Origin: Bacillota bacterium
Lineage (GTDB): Bacteria; Bacillota; UBA994
DNA length: 64,000 bases
Assembly: GCA_018333655.1 (NCBI GenBank)
Contig: JAGXTJ010000055.1
Location: 169,721-233,720, forward strand
Direction of reading: 5' to 3'
The position numbers were made by a program, and so were the translations under genes. The notes below the pieces were generated by a model. The model saw only the letters and a program-made list of their open reading frames with translations. It was not told the DNA's origin and made no database searches. Shown here one piece after another: positions 24,432 through 34,027 of the stretch; position 1 is the first letter of the stretch; each line of letters opens with the position of its first letter.

Positions 24432-24749
24432 TTACCCTCTATGGTGTCGCTGCGTCTCTATATCCTCTTCCGTTGTCAGTTTTTCTCTTGTCAAAGAGGC
24501 CTTAGCCATCTCTAGCAGGACCCTATACGGGTCCCCGAGCAAACCAAAGTGCTTGGCGAACGCCGGCTCAGTCTTGTATCCCAAACGTTTGAGAGCTCTA
24601 ATCGCCTCTCGGGCCGCTTGATGCAGACAGAGCAGTTCGTACTCTACCACCATGTGCAGGTATGCGTTTTGTCGTTCGACGGGAAGTGCTTGCCCAAAAA
24701 TCTCCACTGGAAATCCGTCGAAGGTGAACCTGCAGATGGTTGTGGGCAA
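24432..24749 (-). pseudogene. C-terminal portion of a DUF4269-like (nucleotidyltransferase-related) protein
   Basis: FPVEIFGQALPVERQNAYLHMVVEYELL...LKRLGYKTEPAFAKHFGLLGDPY resembles the C-terminal half of DUF4269. The N-terminal NTase half is absent, and the ORF starts at TTG. Confidence 0.45.
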
Positions 24750-24906
24750 ACCCTGCCTTCCACCAGACTTGTTATTGGCAATAACAAAGGCACTGGCTCC
24801 GGTGTTAGACGAAGCTAGCTATGGACGTGTCTTCCTAATCATCGGTGCAACAGACCTCCTGAAGTCTATAGATGAACTGACACTGCGGTTTAATCCGACT
24901 AGTGAC

Positions 24907-24941
24907 CTCTCGTCAAGCGGCAGGCTCCGTCCCTAGCGCAA
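24907..24941 (+). repeat. Junction motif copy 2
   Basis: CTCTCGTCAAGCGGCAGGCTCCGTCCCTAGCGCAA read directly. Confidence 0.8.
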
Positions 24942-25009
24942 AACTGCGAACTAGGTCGAACTACAAATATCTACCAACTACCTTCGCGACCGCATCGACA
25001 TAGCTACGC

Positions 25010-26350
25010 CTACTTCCACAAACCAAAATAGCGCAGAGTCCCCCCTACTAGTATGAGCATCGTCACAATAACAGCCACATACTTGCCTAAAAAGTCCCAC
25101 CAGGCGGCCATAGGCGTCGCTGCCCCTTCATTGACCTCTTTGCGGATACGGGCGCTACCATAGACCCAAAAGATTACCACCATCATGATGAGGGTGCCTA
25201 CAGGCATGATAATTGCTGAAGTAAAGCGCATCCACGTAGAGAACAAGGGCTGGTTAACGGTGAGCGGCAAACCGATGATGAGCGACAGCGCTCCTGTAGC
25301 GAGAGTCGCCTTCTTTCTATTCCACTTTAGCGCGTCCATCATCGGCTCCACTGCCGATTCAAAAAGTGAAACAGCGGAAGTAATAGACGCGAAGGCAACC
25401 AACAGGAAGAATAGCGTGCCAAACAATGCGCCTGCGGGCATCTGGGCGAACAAGCTGGGCAAAGTTATAAACAACAACGGAATGCCTGCGTTAGGCGCGA
25501 CACCAAAGGCAAAGGCTGTAGGGAACACGATTAAGGCAGCTAAAATGGCGGCCACAGTGTCAAAGAGGGCTGTGTAGGCTGCAGCCTGCGGTATGTCCGC
25601 TTTTTTGGGGAGGTAACTGCCATAAATAACCAACGTGCATCCGAGCAGACTCAAAGAGAAGAGCGCTTGGGCCAAGGCGTTAAACCAAGTCAACGGGTTA
25701 GCTAGTTGACTAAAATCCGGAGTGAAGATAAACCGCAGTCCTTCCTGCGCACCCGGCAAGGTCAAGGCACGCACAGCCAGTACTACAAGAATCACGAAAA
25801 GGGCGGGCAACAAAATGTTATTGACTGGCTCGAGGCCTTTTTTCACACCCGCATAAACAATAGCTGTCGTCATCACCACAGCGATAACATGCCATGGCAC
25901 CGCCGCGGCGGAACCGGCAAAAGAATTGAAAGCTAGCGCGAGATCTTGCCCTGCGAAACCGCGCAAGGCTAATCCGACATAGTACAAGACCCAGCCCACG
26001 ACAATCATGTAAAAGACGGTTACGGCGCCCGTAGCGAGAACAGGCAAGAAGCCGACCCAAGCCCCACCACGCCATTTGCGCTCGGCAAAGGCAGCTGCCA
26101 CCGCGCTGATGGGGCCGGTTTTGTTAGCTCTGCCAAAAGCGAATTCACCCATCAGGGCCACGAGACCGATTACCGCGATAATCACGAGATAGATTAGCAA
26201 AAATGCGCTGCCACCGTAAGTCCCCATGCGCCACGGGAACATCCAAATATTGCCGAGGCCAATGGCTGACCCCGCGCTGGCCAGGATAAAGGCGAGCTTT
26301 CCTGACCACATCTCCCGCTTCTCGCTTGTTGCCGGTGTTTTGTCACTCAT
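25010..26350 (-). CDS. Sodium-dependent transporter, neurotransmitter:sodium symporter (NSS/SNF) family
   Basis: N-terminal SAGSAIGLGNIWMFPWRMGTYGGSAFLLIYL signature in a multi-TM protein of 446 aa. Confidence 0.9.
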   Translation of the reverse strand: MSDKTPATSEKREMWSGKLAFILASAGSAIGLGNIWMFPWRMGTYGGSAFLLIYLVIIAVIGLVALMGEFAFGRANKTGPISAVAAAFAERKWRGGAWVGFLPVLATGAVTVFYMIVVGWVLYYVGLALRGFAGQDLALAFNSFAGSAAAVPWHVIAVVMTTAIVYAGVKKGLEPVNNILLPALFVILVVLAVRALTLPGAQEGLRFIFTPDFSQLANPLTWFNALAQALFSLSLLGCTLVIYGSYLPKKADIPQAAAYTALFDTVAAILAALIVFPTAFAFGVAPNAGIPLLFITLPSLFAQMPAGALFGTLFFLLVAFASITSAVSLFESAVEPMMDALKWNRKKATLATGALSLIIGLPLTVNQPLFSTWMRFTSAIIMPVGTLIMMVVIFWVYGSARIRKEVNEGAATPMAAWWDFLGKYVAVIVTMLILVGGTLRYFGLWK

Positions 26351-26953
26351 AATTGGTTGATCCCCCTTGCATTACTTACGTTCGTGTCCGCCTGCCAAAG
26401 ATACAGAGTCTAGGGTCTACGCGTTGCGCTTGCGCTACTCACCTCCCACCGCAATTTATCGCAATATTAAGTATATAATCGCTATAGTACCTCAAGCGCA
26501 GAACTTAAGTCAACAGAATTCTCAAGAAATTACCTAGGGATCTCTCCATCTTGGCCTTTATGGCGCAGATTACGCATTCTCATCGCTAAAAATAGAAGGT
26601 CATTCCTGCTTGGACCTCTTTTCCAGAGCTTTACGGGCAAGATCAAGCACGTCAGCACGAATGTACCATGGCCCTTCTCGCAGTTTCTCCAAATGCTGAC
26701 CATACCGAATGAACCGGAGTAGCACCGCTCCTTTGGCAAGTGCGTTGAATCCGCGATGCAATTGTTTCTGCCTCGCGGCAGCGTCGTTCGCGACTAGGGT
26801 CAAGGGTAATCTAGGCCCATCTCCCGGCCCTAGCCACCGCGCAAAAAAACCGGAGCCCGCTTATGGCGCGAAGCTGTATCATCACGCGCACGGCACCCCG
26901 GAGGTACGGCCCCCATACTAAAGAGCGGCTTAAGCAACTGAGAGACCACCTGC

Positions 26954-26976
26954 CAAGCAACAGGCTCCGTCCCTAG
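26954..26976 (+). repeat. Junction motif copy 3
   Basis: CAAGCAACAGGCTCCGTCCCTAG. Its CTA is the stop codon of the DUF4411 gene. Confidence 0.8.
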
Positions 26977-27455
26977 AGAACGAACCGCGCGCGCTCTGAT
27001 CGAAGCATCTCATAGGGGGTCATGTAACGCAGCCCAACCCCGATGCAGGCGTTCGGGATCTTGATGCGCCTAGTGGAGATGGCTGGCACTTCGTGAGTAA
27101 CCACCACGTGACCATCTGCAAGTGCGTGTGCGATTAGGTAGAAATCAGCCACTTGGAGAAAGGTACTGATAGCCGCCGGTTCATATCGCTGACTCGTCGC
27201 CCAGGCGCTCACCTTGGCGAACTGCGCGGCCACGCGCGTATCCGTAGGGCGGACGAGCGCTGCACCATGAAGTTTCATCCAATTGGTCAGTTCGTCGCCT
27301 CCGGCGGCAATCTCCTCTGCTACTTTATCGATACTGAACACACGCCCTGCTGCTCCGTTCACGACCAGCCACGCCCAAAAAGCGGGGCAGAAATCCAACC
27401 CGTAGTGCAGATTCTTGGCTTGGATGAATACATTAGCATCCAACAGGTAAGTCAC
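26973..27455 (-). CDS. DUF4411 (PIN-like) protein, putative toxin/effector
   Basis: MTYLLDANVFIQAKNLHY...FCPAFW is a PIN-like N-terminus typical of DUF4411. There is a 4-nt ATGA overlap with the upstream ImmA/IrrE gene. Confidence 0.7.
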   Translation of the reverse strand: MTYLLDANVFIQAKNLHYGLDFCPAFWAWLVVNGAAGRVFSIDKVAEEIAAGGDELTNWMKLHGAALVRPTDTRVAAQFAKVSAWATSQRYEPAAISTFLQVADFYLIAHALADGHVVVTHEVPAISTRRIKIPNACIGVGLRYMTPYEMLRSERARFVL

Positions 27456-28606
27456 AGCATTACCCCCATCTCCCGTGCCGCTTGATAAAACGTAGCCGTC
27501 TTGCGCACGCCCAACATACGGAAGGCATCCTGGAATAGCGTGTGCCCCTCCAATGTGCTGATCAGCACTGCGCGTGCGAAGCGCTTTCCAGTGCGTACCC
27601 CGAGCGTGCGATAGAAGTCGCCGCCACCCTTCACGCCCTGGTCAAGTCTGCGCAGCCGGGCGAGCTCCTCGCGATATACGGCCCACAACGTGGCCTGGTC
27701 TATATGGCCCGCATCAAATAACCTTCGAATCGCTACAAGCGAACTAACCTTGAAGACACGAGCAAGCCGCTGTATCTCCTCCGCCAAAGGAGCATCGGCG
27801 TGAAACTCCTTCCGCAAATCCTCTAGCGGCGCCAGCAGTTCCGCCGCAACAGCACAACACCAACGCTCCACGTGCTGCTGCGGCACGCGTCCAGCCTCAA
27901 CGTCGGACACGCCGCTCTCGCCGAGCCAGAGGTGAACGAGCTCATGGGCCAAGGTAAACATCTGCGCCGCCTTGCTGTCGGCCGCATTGATGAAAACCAG
28001 CGGCGCTAGGTCGTCAGCAAGAGCGAAACCGCGGAACTCTTCCATGTCGAGCCTGCGGTGGCTGTTGCTGCCGACGATGGAACTTGCCATCACCAGCACC
28101 CCAGCATCCTCAGCCTTGGCAGTAAGCTGCCGCAACGCGTCTGTCCAGGTAGGAAGCCGGATACGATCAGCCACCGTGAGCCCCAGCGTATGCCGCATGG
28201 ACCTAGCAACCTGCAAAACATCGTCCTGCAGCCGGACACTGCCGACAAAAGCAAGCCTCCGTAGGCCGTGGATCCTAGCATAGTCACGAAACCAGTCTTG
28301 GCGCTGTTGACACAAGTAGAGCGTGTCTAGGAGATTAGGGCTGGGCCGCATGATGTGGTGACTGGCCAAGGTACGAAAATCCGACACCGGCAACGTTTCG
28401 TGCGGCGGCTCAGCTAGGAACAGGTAGCCGATCGGCACATGAGCCACACGGGCGAATTCCTCCAGTTGCCGCAGCGTAGGCGGAAGACTACCGTCTTCCC
28501 ACTGTGCGATCTTAGGAAAGCGCTTCGCCAAGGTAAGAGCATCCATCCTGGCGCGCTCGCGTGCCCAAGCAAGCAAGGCAGGATTAACGGCTATACGAGT
28601 TTTCAT
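27452..28606 (-). CDS. XRE-type HTH + ImmA/IrrE family metallopeptidase
   Basis: HELVHLWL zinc-peptidase motif and an N-terminal HTH-like region. I prefer the ATG at 28606 (MKTRIAVNP), which has a GGAGGGG SD. The tracked ORF extends to 28648. Confidence 0.85.
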   Translation of the reverse strand: MKTRIAVNPALLAWARERARMDALTLAKRFPKIAQWEDGSLPPTLRQLEEFARVAHVPIGYLFLAEPPHETLPVSDFRTLASHHIMRPSPNLLDTLYLCQQRQDWFRDYARIHGLRRLAFVGSVRLQDDVLQVARSMRHTLGLTVADRIRLPTWTDALRQLTAKAEDAGVLVMASSIVGSNSHRRLDMEEFRGFALADDLAPLVFINAADSKAAQMFTLAHELVHLWLGESGVSDVEAGRVPQQHVERWCCAVAAELLAPLEDLRKEFHADAPLAEEIQRLARVFKVSSLVAIRRLFDAGHIDQATLWAVYREELARLRRLDQGVKGGGDFYRTLGVRTGKRFARAVLISTLEGHTLFQDAFRMLGVRKTATFYQAAREMGVML

Positions 28607-28758
28607 ATGGCTTCCCCTCCGAACTTCTTGGCATCCCTTGCCCGACACCCGCCAGAGACAAGCTTTGGTAGCAGCATGTCGCGCAAAGCAGCAAGAATGT
28701 GTGGATCACGGATACACGTTACTATTATACAGTCAGTCAAACTATCTGAGCCACCCAG

Positions 28759-29016
28759 TCACTCGCCAAACTCCAATTCCTTCAACCTCATGGCTACTTT
28801 ATCGTCCAGCCTCACAAATACAACGTATTCCTCGCGGACATCCACAGCCAACGCTTTTCCTTCCCTCAGGGCAGCAAGATGCTCGGCCCGCAGGACTATT
28901 GCCTCGTGATGCCAGCGTTTTCCAAATGGTTTTTCAGTCTCTTCGACGTCGCCGACCTCTTCGACGACGGCGATACGCGAGTCGGTATGCCGCCCGACTT
29001 CCTCTCGTTTTCTCAT
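28759..29016 (-). CDS. Hypothetical 85-aa protein
   Basis: ORF only. A 30-nt fragment of it (VLRAEHL-coding) is duplicated at about 38004-38026. Confidence 0.35.
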   Translation of the reverse strand: MRKREEVGRHTDSRIAVVEEVGDVEETEKPFGKRWHHEAIVLRAEHLAALREGKALAVDVREEYVVFVRLDDKVAMRLKELEFGE

Positions 29017-29153
29017 GGTCTGCCTCCTTCAGGTTAATCTAAATTACCTCGTCCGGTATCGCGGCTTCGGCCTGCTATTCGCATAGAGTGACCACCAGCC
29101 GCTTCGTTTCACACCACACTTGCGCCTTGTCACTTTGCCAAAGCTTATGCCCC

Positions 29154-29564
29154 CTAGGCTTCAAAGCAAAAGGGACGTATTGCTTCGCTCAACCCATTAG
29201 CCTTAAAGATGCGATTGTCGTACTCGTGCTCCCACATAAATATCTCTGTCTCCTTCACGCCGTCTCCAGTGATAGGGTAGCCAAAATAATCCCCACATCC
29301 GTTACCCGCCACAAATAGCAAACAGTCAAGCGGCATCCAAGCGGTTACGCTGCGCAGCATTAGATTAACATCAACGATCTGCTGACAGGATAACAAGAAG
29401 TAATTGTCGCCATCAACTTGCCTCCGCAACTCTACTAAATCGGACGGGAAACAGATGCCTAGTGCTCTCTCGGCTGCTAGGATGTCGCTACTGTCCGCTG
29501 GCGGGTTTAGCTTTACATTCGGATTACCAGCCGCGGCCTTTAGCACAAATTGTCTCCACATCAT
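29154..29564 (-). CDS. SMI1/KNR4 family protein, copy 2 (divergent C-terminal end)
   Basis: Near-identical to copy 3 up to ...FKANGLSEA, then an unrelated tail (IRPFCFEA). Start taken at MMWRQF by homology. Confidence 0.7.
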   Translation of the reverse strand: MMWRQFVLKAAAGNPNVKLNPPADSSDILAAERALGICFPSDLVELRRQVDGDNYFLLSCQQIVDVNLMLRSVTAWMPLDCLLFVAGNGCGDYFGYPITGDGVKETEIFMWEHEYDNRIFKANGLSEAIRPFCFEA

Positions 29565-29718
29565 TTTCACCTTACCCTTACAGCTAGAAGTTGTGTTTTC
29601 GGCCACGATATGTAAAGCCCTGTGTCGCACAGAAAGAATAGCAACGCAAACAAAGGACCCAGCGCTTTTGTGTCACAATGCCCGACATGCCGATAACTCT
29701 TTGCAGCTTGGCGTCTGC

Positions 29719-29830
29719 ATTTCTCTTGGGCGGGCGACCGAATTCTATGGCTGCCTCCGGGCACAATTTACATAGCATATTGTGCTTTCGCCACTTTACC
29801 AGCAAGTTCGACGCCTCAAGTATTTTACCT
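29719..29830 (-). pseudogene. C-terminal remnant of an EFR1-type ferredoxin
   Basis: The minus-strand peptide WRKHNMLCKLCPEAAIEFGRPPKR parallels CEHCMRCVNFCPEAAIEFGRFTKGKK of the intact gene at 43428-44195. Confidence 0.45.
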
Positions 29831-29876
29831 GCCATGCCCAAATAGTTACGATTAAACCAAAGGCATTCCTGCCCCA

Positions 29877-29926
29877 CAAACACACGGGCTTATGTGCTAG
29901 AAGAAGCACATAAGCCCGTGTGTTTG
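29877..29926. terminator. Hairpin with 22-bp perfect stem downstream of the membrane-protein gene
   Basis: CAAACACACGGGCTTATGTGCT (29877-29898), loop AGAAGA, then AGCACATAAGCCCGTGTGTTTG (29905-29926). The T-rich tract CTTTATTTT lies on the plus-strand side. Confidence 0.6.
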
Positions 29927-29936
29927 CTTTATTTTA

Positions 29937-30863
29937 CTAAAGATGATTCGCCGCTATGGTGGCCTTGTAGCCTGCGGTATGCACAAAGACTTCTTGCCGC
30001 AATGGATTTCTCTTAGTCTTAGCTACCGCATAGAGCGTGTACGCCAAGAGCCCGGCGTTAACCGCAAGGGAGGAAGCACTGAGACCCATGAGCACTTGCG
30101 GACTATATGTCGGCAATATTTGAAAAAAGGTAGCCGCCTGAAAATCAACCGAGAGCGAGAACATGGCATAGAAAGCTAGTATCTGCGCACGATGCTGCAG
30201 CCAAGCCCCACGCTTAAAGGCATACTCAGCGATGATAGCCGCCAGCAATATGCCAAAGCCGGCATACATCGACCGCGTAGATATACAATTGTACACATAG
30301 GTAAAGTTCCACAGAGTGTAACCAATTATATACATCCATGTCATATCCGGCCATATCATATCGCGAGTGCGGTCATTGGAGACGCGAATGCCCACAAAAC
30401 CTGTCAAGGTGATAATGGTCAAAATCCCCGCAATACCATTCAGTAAGTTCCACACCCCGCCCTGAACTAATACCCCGCCGGCATCAACAGTCAACGCCCT
30501 GTAGGTAGCATAAACCTCGAACTCACGGTATATCGCTTCGGCAATATTTAGTGCCAGTATTGCAGCTGGAAAGTAAGCCGCGAACTTGCTGCTGCCAAGC
30601 TTGGTATGCCGAATCAGCAAAAAGCCGTAGACACCGGCTAATGCGGATACAACCTTGACCCAGGCAAACCATGTCTTTCCGGTTGGGGATCCAAGCACGC
30701 CGAAGAACACACCTGCAGCCAAAACTACCGGCAAGATCCCATATATGACGACTGACATCAGCTTCGATCTGCGCGAAATTTCATTTACCAGTAGTACTGC
30801 GCCAATGAACAGCACTAGTGCAAAGAAGCTTTCGAAAGTTAGGCCCTTGTACAATATATTCAT
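29937..30863 (-). CDS. Multi-pass membrane protein of unknown function
   Basis: 308 aa, hydrophobic throughout. Lies 15 nt downstream of hypA, so it is probably co-transcribed. Confidence 0.65.
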   Translation of the reverse strand: MNILYKGLTFESFFALVLFIGAVLLVNEISRRSKLMSVVIYGILPVVLAAGVFFGVLGSPTGKTWFAWVKVVSALAGVYGFLLIRHTKLGSSKFAAYFPAAILALNIAEAIYREFEVYATYRALTVDAGGVLVQGGVWNLLNGIAGILTIITLTGFVGIRVSNDRTRDMIWPDMTWMYIIGYTLWNFTYVYNCISTRSMYAGFGILLAAIIAEYAFKRGAWLQHRAQILAFYAMFSLSVDFQAATFFQILPTYSPQVLMGLSASSLAVNAGLLAYTLYAVAKTKRNPLRQEVFVHTAGYKATIAANHL

Positions 30864-30878
30864 GACACACCTCCTAAA

Positions 30879-31220
30879 TTAGCAAGCAACTACTTCTTTG
30901 ATTATGAACTCCTGCCCTGACTGTAGTGTGAAGCGCCCGGCACCACAAGATGGGCAAATCTTGCGCCGTTCCACCACATTGTACTCTACTTGGCACTGAC
31001 CACAGACACCGAGCGCGGGAACAACCACAATCTCAAGCTCAGTCCCTTCGTACGCCGTGCCAGCAACGGCGGCAGGGTAACATTCCTCAATAAAACGAGG
31101 GATGGCCTGTGACAACTGACCTATCTCCAGCACGATTTTTCCGACCTGACTCAGGCCGTTTTCGACCACAAAGCGATCTACGACCCTAAGCACTTCAAAG
31201 ACAATCCCTAATTCATGCAT
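30879..31220 (-). CDS. hypA: Hydrogenase/urease nickel incorporation protein HypA
   Basis: MHELGIVFEVL N-terminus and CGQC...CPSCG zinc site. ATG at 31220 preferred, with a GGGGG SD. Confidence 0.85.
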   Translation of the reverse strand: MHELGIVFEVLRVVDRFVVENGLSQVGKIVLEIGQLSQAIPRFIEECYPAAVAGTAYEGTELEIVVVPALGVCGQCQVEYNVVERRKICPSCGAGRFTLQSGQEFIIKEVVAC

Positions 31221-31249
31221 AGATACCCCCACATGCACTATGCATTTGC

Positions 31250-34024
31250 CTAGCGGCGCCCACTAGGGGCAAAGACCTTGCGCAGCGCAATCTTGGCCTT
31301 GCGGAGTACAGCGTTCTTGAGTACGGTGCGGGGCAACTTCTCAATTTTGTAACCCTTGACATCATGCACTCTCTCGAGTTTAATGGCGTCAAACTTACAC
31401 TTGATATGGCAGGCTCCACATCCGACACACAAGTAGTGGTCAACTTTACTGGCACCGCAATCGAGGCAGCGCGAGGTCTCTTTCTTGATCTGTTCTTCAG
31501 TCAGTAGCCCTCTGGTGTCCTTGAATGTCACCTTTGCTAACTGGTGATCGACCTCACGTGCCCTCTGCCTCTCTGTGCCATCATAGTCAGAGATCGCCGC
31601 CACATTACCTTTGTCTAGTCTTGTGTAGTCAGACATATCGCGTCCGAAGACGAGCGATTGCCCCTGGTGCACAAATCTGTGGATGGAAACAGCTGCCTCT
31701 TTACCCGCTGCGATGGCGTCAATGGCATAGCTTGGGCCACTCACCACGTCGCCACCGGCAAATATATCAGGTCGGGTGGACTGCAAAGTAACGGGGTGCA
31801 CCGCAATAGCCTGCGACTCGGTCGTAGCTACGGACTCGCCTTGTAGCAGAGTGGCATAGTTGTATGCTTGCCCAATACAGACCACTACCTGGTTGCATTC
31901 CACCATAAGGGTCTTAGCTTCATCATACTTTGGCTTAAAGCGCCCCGCCTCATCGTGGGTCGCCGTACACTGCTTAAACAGCATGCCTACGACGGCATCA
32001 TCCCGAACTATGATACGGGCTGGTGCCCATGAATTATGTATCCCCACGCCTTCATGAGCTGCTGCCTCTACCTCTTCTTTGTGTGCTGGCATTGTGCTCC
32101 TTGTTTCAAGACAGTAAAGCTCTGTCTCAGTAACCCCCTGCAGCCTCACAGCGCTTCTTGCAGCATCTAGTGCCACATTGCCGCCACCTATTACCACAAC
32201 TTTGCCCTTGACACCCACTTGTTCGCCGCTGTTTATGCGCCGCAAGAACTCGATACCGCTGAGAACGCCCTCCGCCTCGTCGCCTGGCAGGCCCAATCTA
32301 CGCCCGGGGCCAGCGCCGACAGCTAGGAAGAAAGCGTGAAAGCCCTGTTTACGCAAGTCTTGCAGGGTGGTGTGGCATCCTACCTCTACGCCAGTAACAA
32401 ATTTAACCCCTAGCTCGCGTATGATATCTATCTCTGCCTCTAATACTTCTTTCTCCAGCCTATAAGCAGGAATACCCAGCATCAACATACCACCTAGTTT
32501 GTCTTCTTTTTCGAACACGGTGACATCATAACCATCTACGGCTAGGTCGTAAGCACAGGCTAAGCCGGCAGGCCCAGAGCCAATGATGGCGATCTTTTTG
32601 TCGCTATAATTGTGTCGGATACGTGGTTTGTAACGTGTGTTCTTGATTAAATCTTGTTCGGCAATAAACTTCTTGATGTCATCTACCGCCACAGCCTCAT
32701 CTATGTCCGCCCTCGTACAGTCTTCCTCACAGATGCGAGGACAAACGCGCCCACAGACGGCAGGCAGGGGATTGTGCTTTTTAATAAGCTCCAAGGCCTC
32801 AGTATACTTGCCCTGTGAGGCTAGCTTAAGGTATCCTTGAACTGGGATGTGCGCCGGACACTTGGTAATGCAAGGCGCGGTTCCTGAATCAAGGGTATTC
32901 TTCCTGCTGATGCGGTAATCGCTATTCCACTTGTCCTCTAGCCATTCTGTGTTGTGGGGAGTTTCTTTAGCAATTCTGGCATCAATGGGTTTTACGCTAC
33001 AGAGTTTCTGCCCCAGCCGGACCGCATTAGTGGGGCAGCTTTCGACGCACTCGCCGCAAGCCACGCACTTCCCTTCATCAACAACGGCACGGTAGTTGGA
33101 GCGGACTATATCATTGTTAAGGTATTCATTGGCTAGGCGCAGGGCAAAACAGCCGCAGCCACAGCAATTGCATATGGCATGAGTATGTCCAGGCTCATCG
33201 AGATTGGGTACAGAGTGCATGAGTCCATTCTCTTCTGCCCGGCGTATTATGGCTAGGGCTTCATCACGAGTTATCGCTCTACCGCGCCCTGTTCGTATAT
33301 AGTACTCAGCGGCATGCCCAAGTTGGATGCACATTTCTTCTTTGAGATGACCGCAGCCCTCTCCCATGGCCTCCCGCGAGGTGCGGCAGCTACAATCTGA
33401 GACTGAGAAAATGCTTGCGTCGTTTAAATGCTTGGATAACTCTTCATAACTGGCCTTGCGGGATTGACCATCGATGGCGCGCTCAATAGGCAGCACCCGC
33501 ATGGGTCCGCCACCGATAGGCATGATGCCGACTGCCATAGGCCCCCTCTTGCTGCCAAAGTAGTAAAAGGCCTCGGCCACCTGTGGGTACTTCGCCACTA
33601 CTTCCTTGTTGTTTACGATCATTTCCATATGTCCGGGTACGAAGATATCTTGCCAGTACACATCTTGGCCATTAATGGTGTTAACAAAAGCGACGCCGGC
33701 CCAAGCAATATATTCTAGCGCTGCTTTTACCTTAGCTAGCGGTTCCCCGGAGGACTGCGCCACCGCCTCGGCACTAAGTGGTTTACGAAACTGCAACTGC
33801 ATGGCCACCTTGACTTGGTAGCTATCAAGGATGGGGTCGAGCGCATAGTACTCAGGACCATATGGTATAGCATCACGCCCGCTGCCAGGCTTGGTGCGCC
33901 CAATTTTATTCGCCAAGTCCACGATCTCTTGCCGGTAGGGCCGGCCGTCAACATCTGCCCAGGTTAATGCAAAATTAAAGCGCTGCGACTTATTGAAGTT
34001 AGTCTTCTGGCTTTTATTGGTCAT
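31250..34024 (-). CDS. Multidomain Fe-S flavoprotein: N-terminal Cys-rich/4Fe-4S domains + GltD-like NAD(P)H/FAD oxidoreductase + C-terminal ferredoxin domain
   Basis: Motifs CNCCGCGC, CVACGECVESCP, GltD-like CPRICEEDC, dinucleotide fold KKIAIIGSGPAGLACAYDL, VVVIGGGNVALD, and C-terminal CVGCGACHIKC. Confidence 0.8.
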   Translation of the reverse strand: MTNKSQKTNFNKSQRFNFALTWADVDGRPYRQEIVDLANKIGRTKPGSGRDAIPYGPEYYALDPILDSYQVKVAMQLQFRKPLSAEAVAQSSGEPLAKVKAALEYIAWAGVAFVNTINGQDVYWQDIFVPGHMEMIVNNKEVVAKYPQVAEAFYYFGSKRGPMAVGIMPIGGGPMRVLPIERAIDGQSRKASYEELSKHLNDASIFSVSDCSCRTSREAMGEGCGHLKEEMCIQLGHAAEYYIRTGRGRAITRDEALAIIRRAEENGLMHSVPNLDEPGHTHAICNCCGCGCFALRLANEYLNNDIVRSNYRAVVDEGKCVACGECVESCPTNAVRLGQKLCSVKPIDARIAKETPHNTEWLEDKWNSDYRISRKNTLDSGTAPCITKCPAHIPVQGYLKLASQGKYTEALELIKKHNPLPAVCGRVCPRICEEDCTRADIDEAVAVDDIKKFIAEQDLIKNTRYKPRIRHNYSDKKIAIIGSGPAGLACAYDLAVDGYDVTVFEKEDKLGGMLMLGIPAYRLEKEVLEAEIDIIRELGVKFVTGVEVGCHTTLQDLRKQGFHAFFLAVGAGPGRRLGLPGDEAEGVLSGIEFLRRINSGEQVGVKGKVVVIGGGNVALDAARSAVRLQGVTETELYCLETRSTMPAHKEEVEAAAHEGVGIHNSWAPARIIVRDDAVVGMLFKQCTATHDEAGRFKPKYDEAKTLMVECNQVVVCIGQAYNYATLLQGESVATTESQAIAVHPVTLQSTRPDIFAGGDVVSGPSYAIDAIAAGKEAAVSIHRFVHQGQSLVFGRDMSDYTRLDKGNVAAISDYDGTERQRAREVDHQLAKVTFKDTRGLLTEEQIKKETSRCLDCGASKVDHYLCVGCGACHIKCKFDAIKLERVHDVKGYKIEKLPRTVLKNAVLRKAKIALRKVFAPSGRR

Positions 34025-34027
34025 CGC

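Noticed and set aside
26351-26530. Possible riboswitch or T-box leader upstream of the NSS transporter
   Set aside because: I read the minus-strand leader and found no recognisable T-box, glycine, SAM or other conserved riboswitch core, only an SD. A covariance-model scan (Rfam/Infernal) would be needed.
26530-26921. Short overlapping ORFs (67-70 aa) between the NSS transporter and the DUF4411 gene
   Set aside because: They have TTG or weak starts, are mutually overlapping, and have no family signature I can recognise. The region may be a decayed gene remnant, but I cannot support a call.
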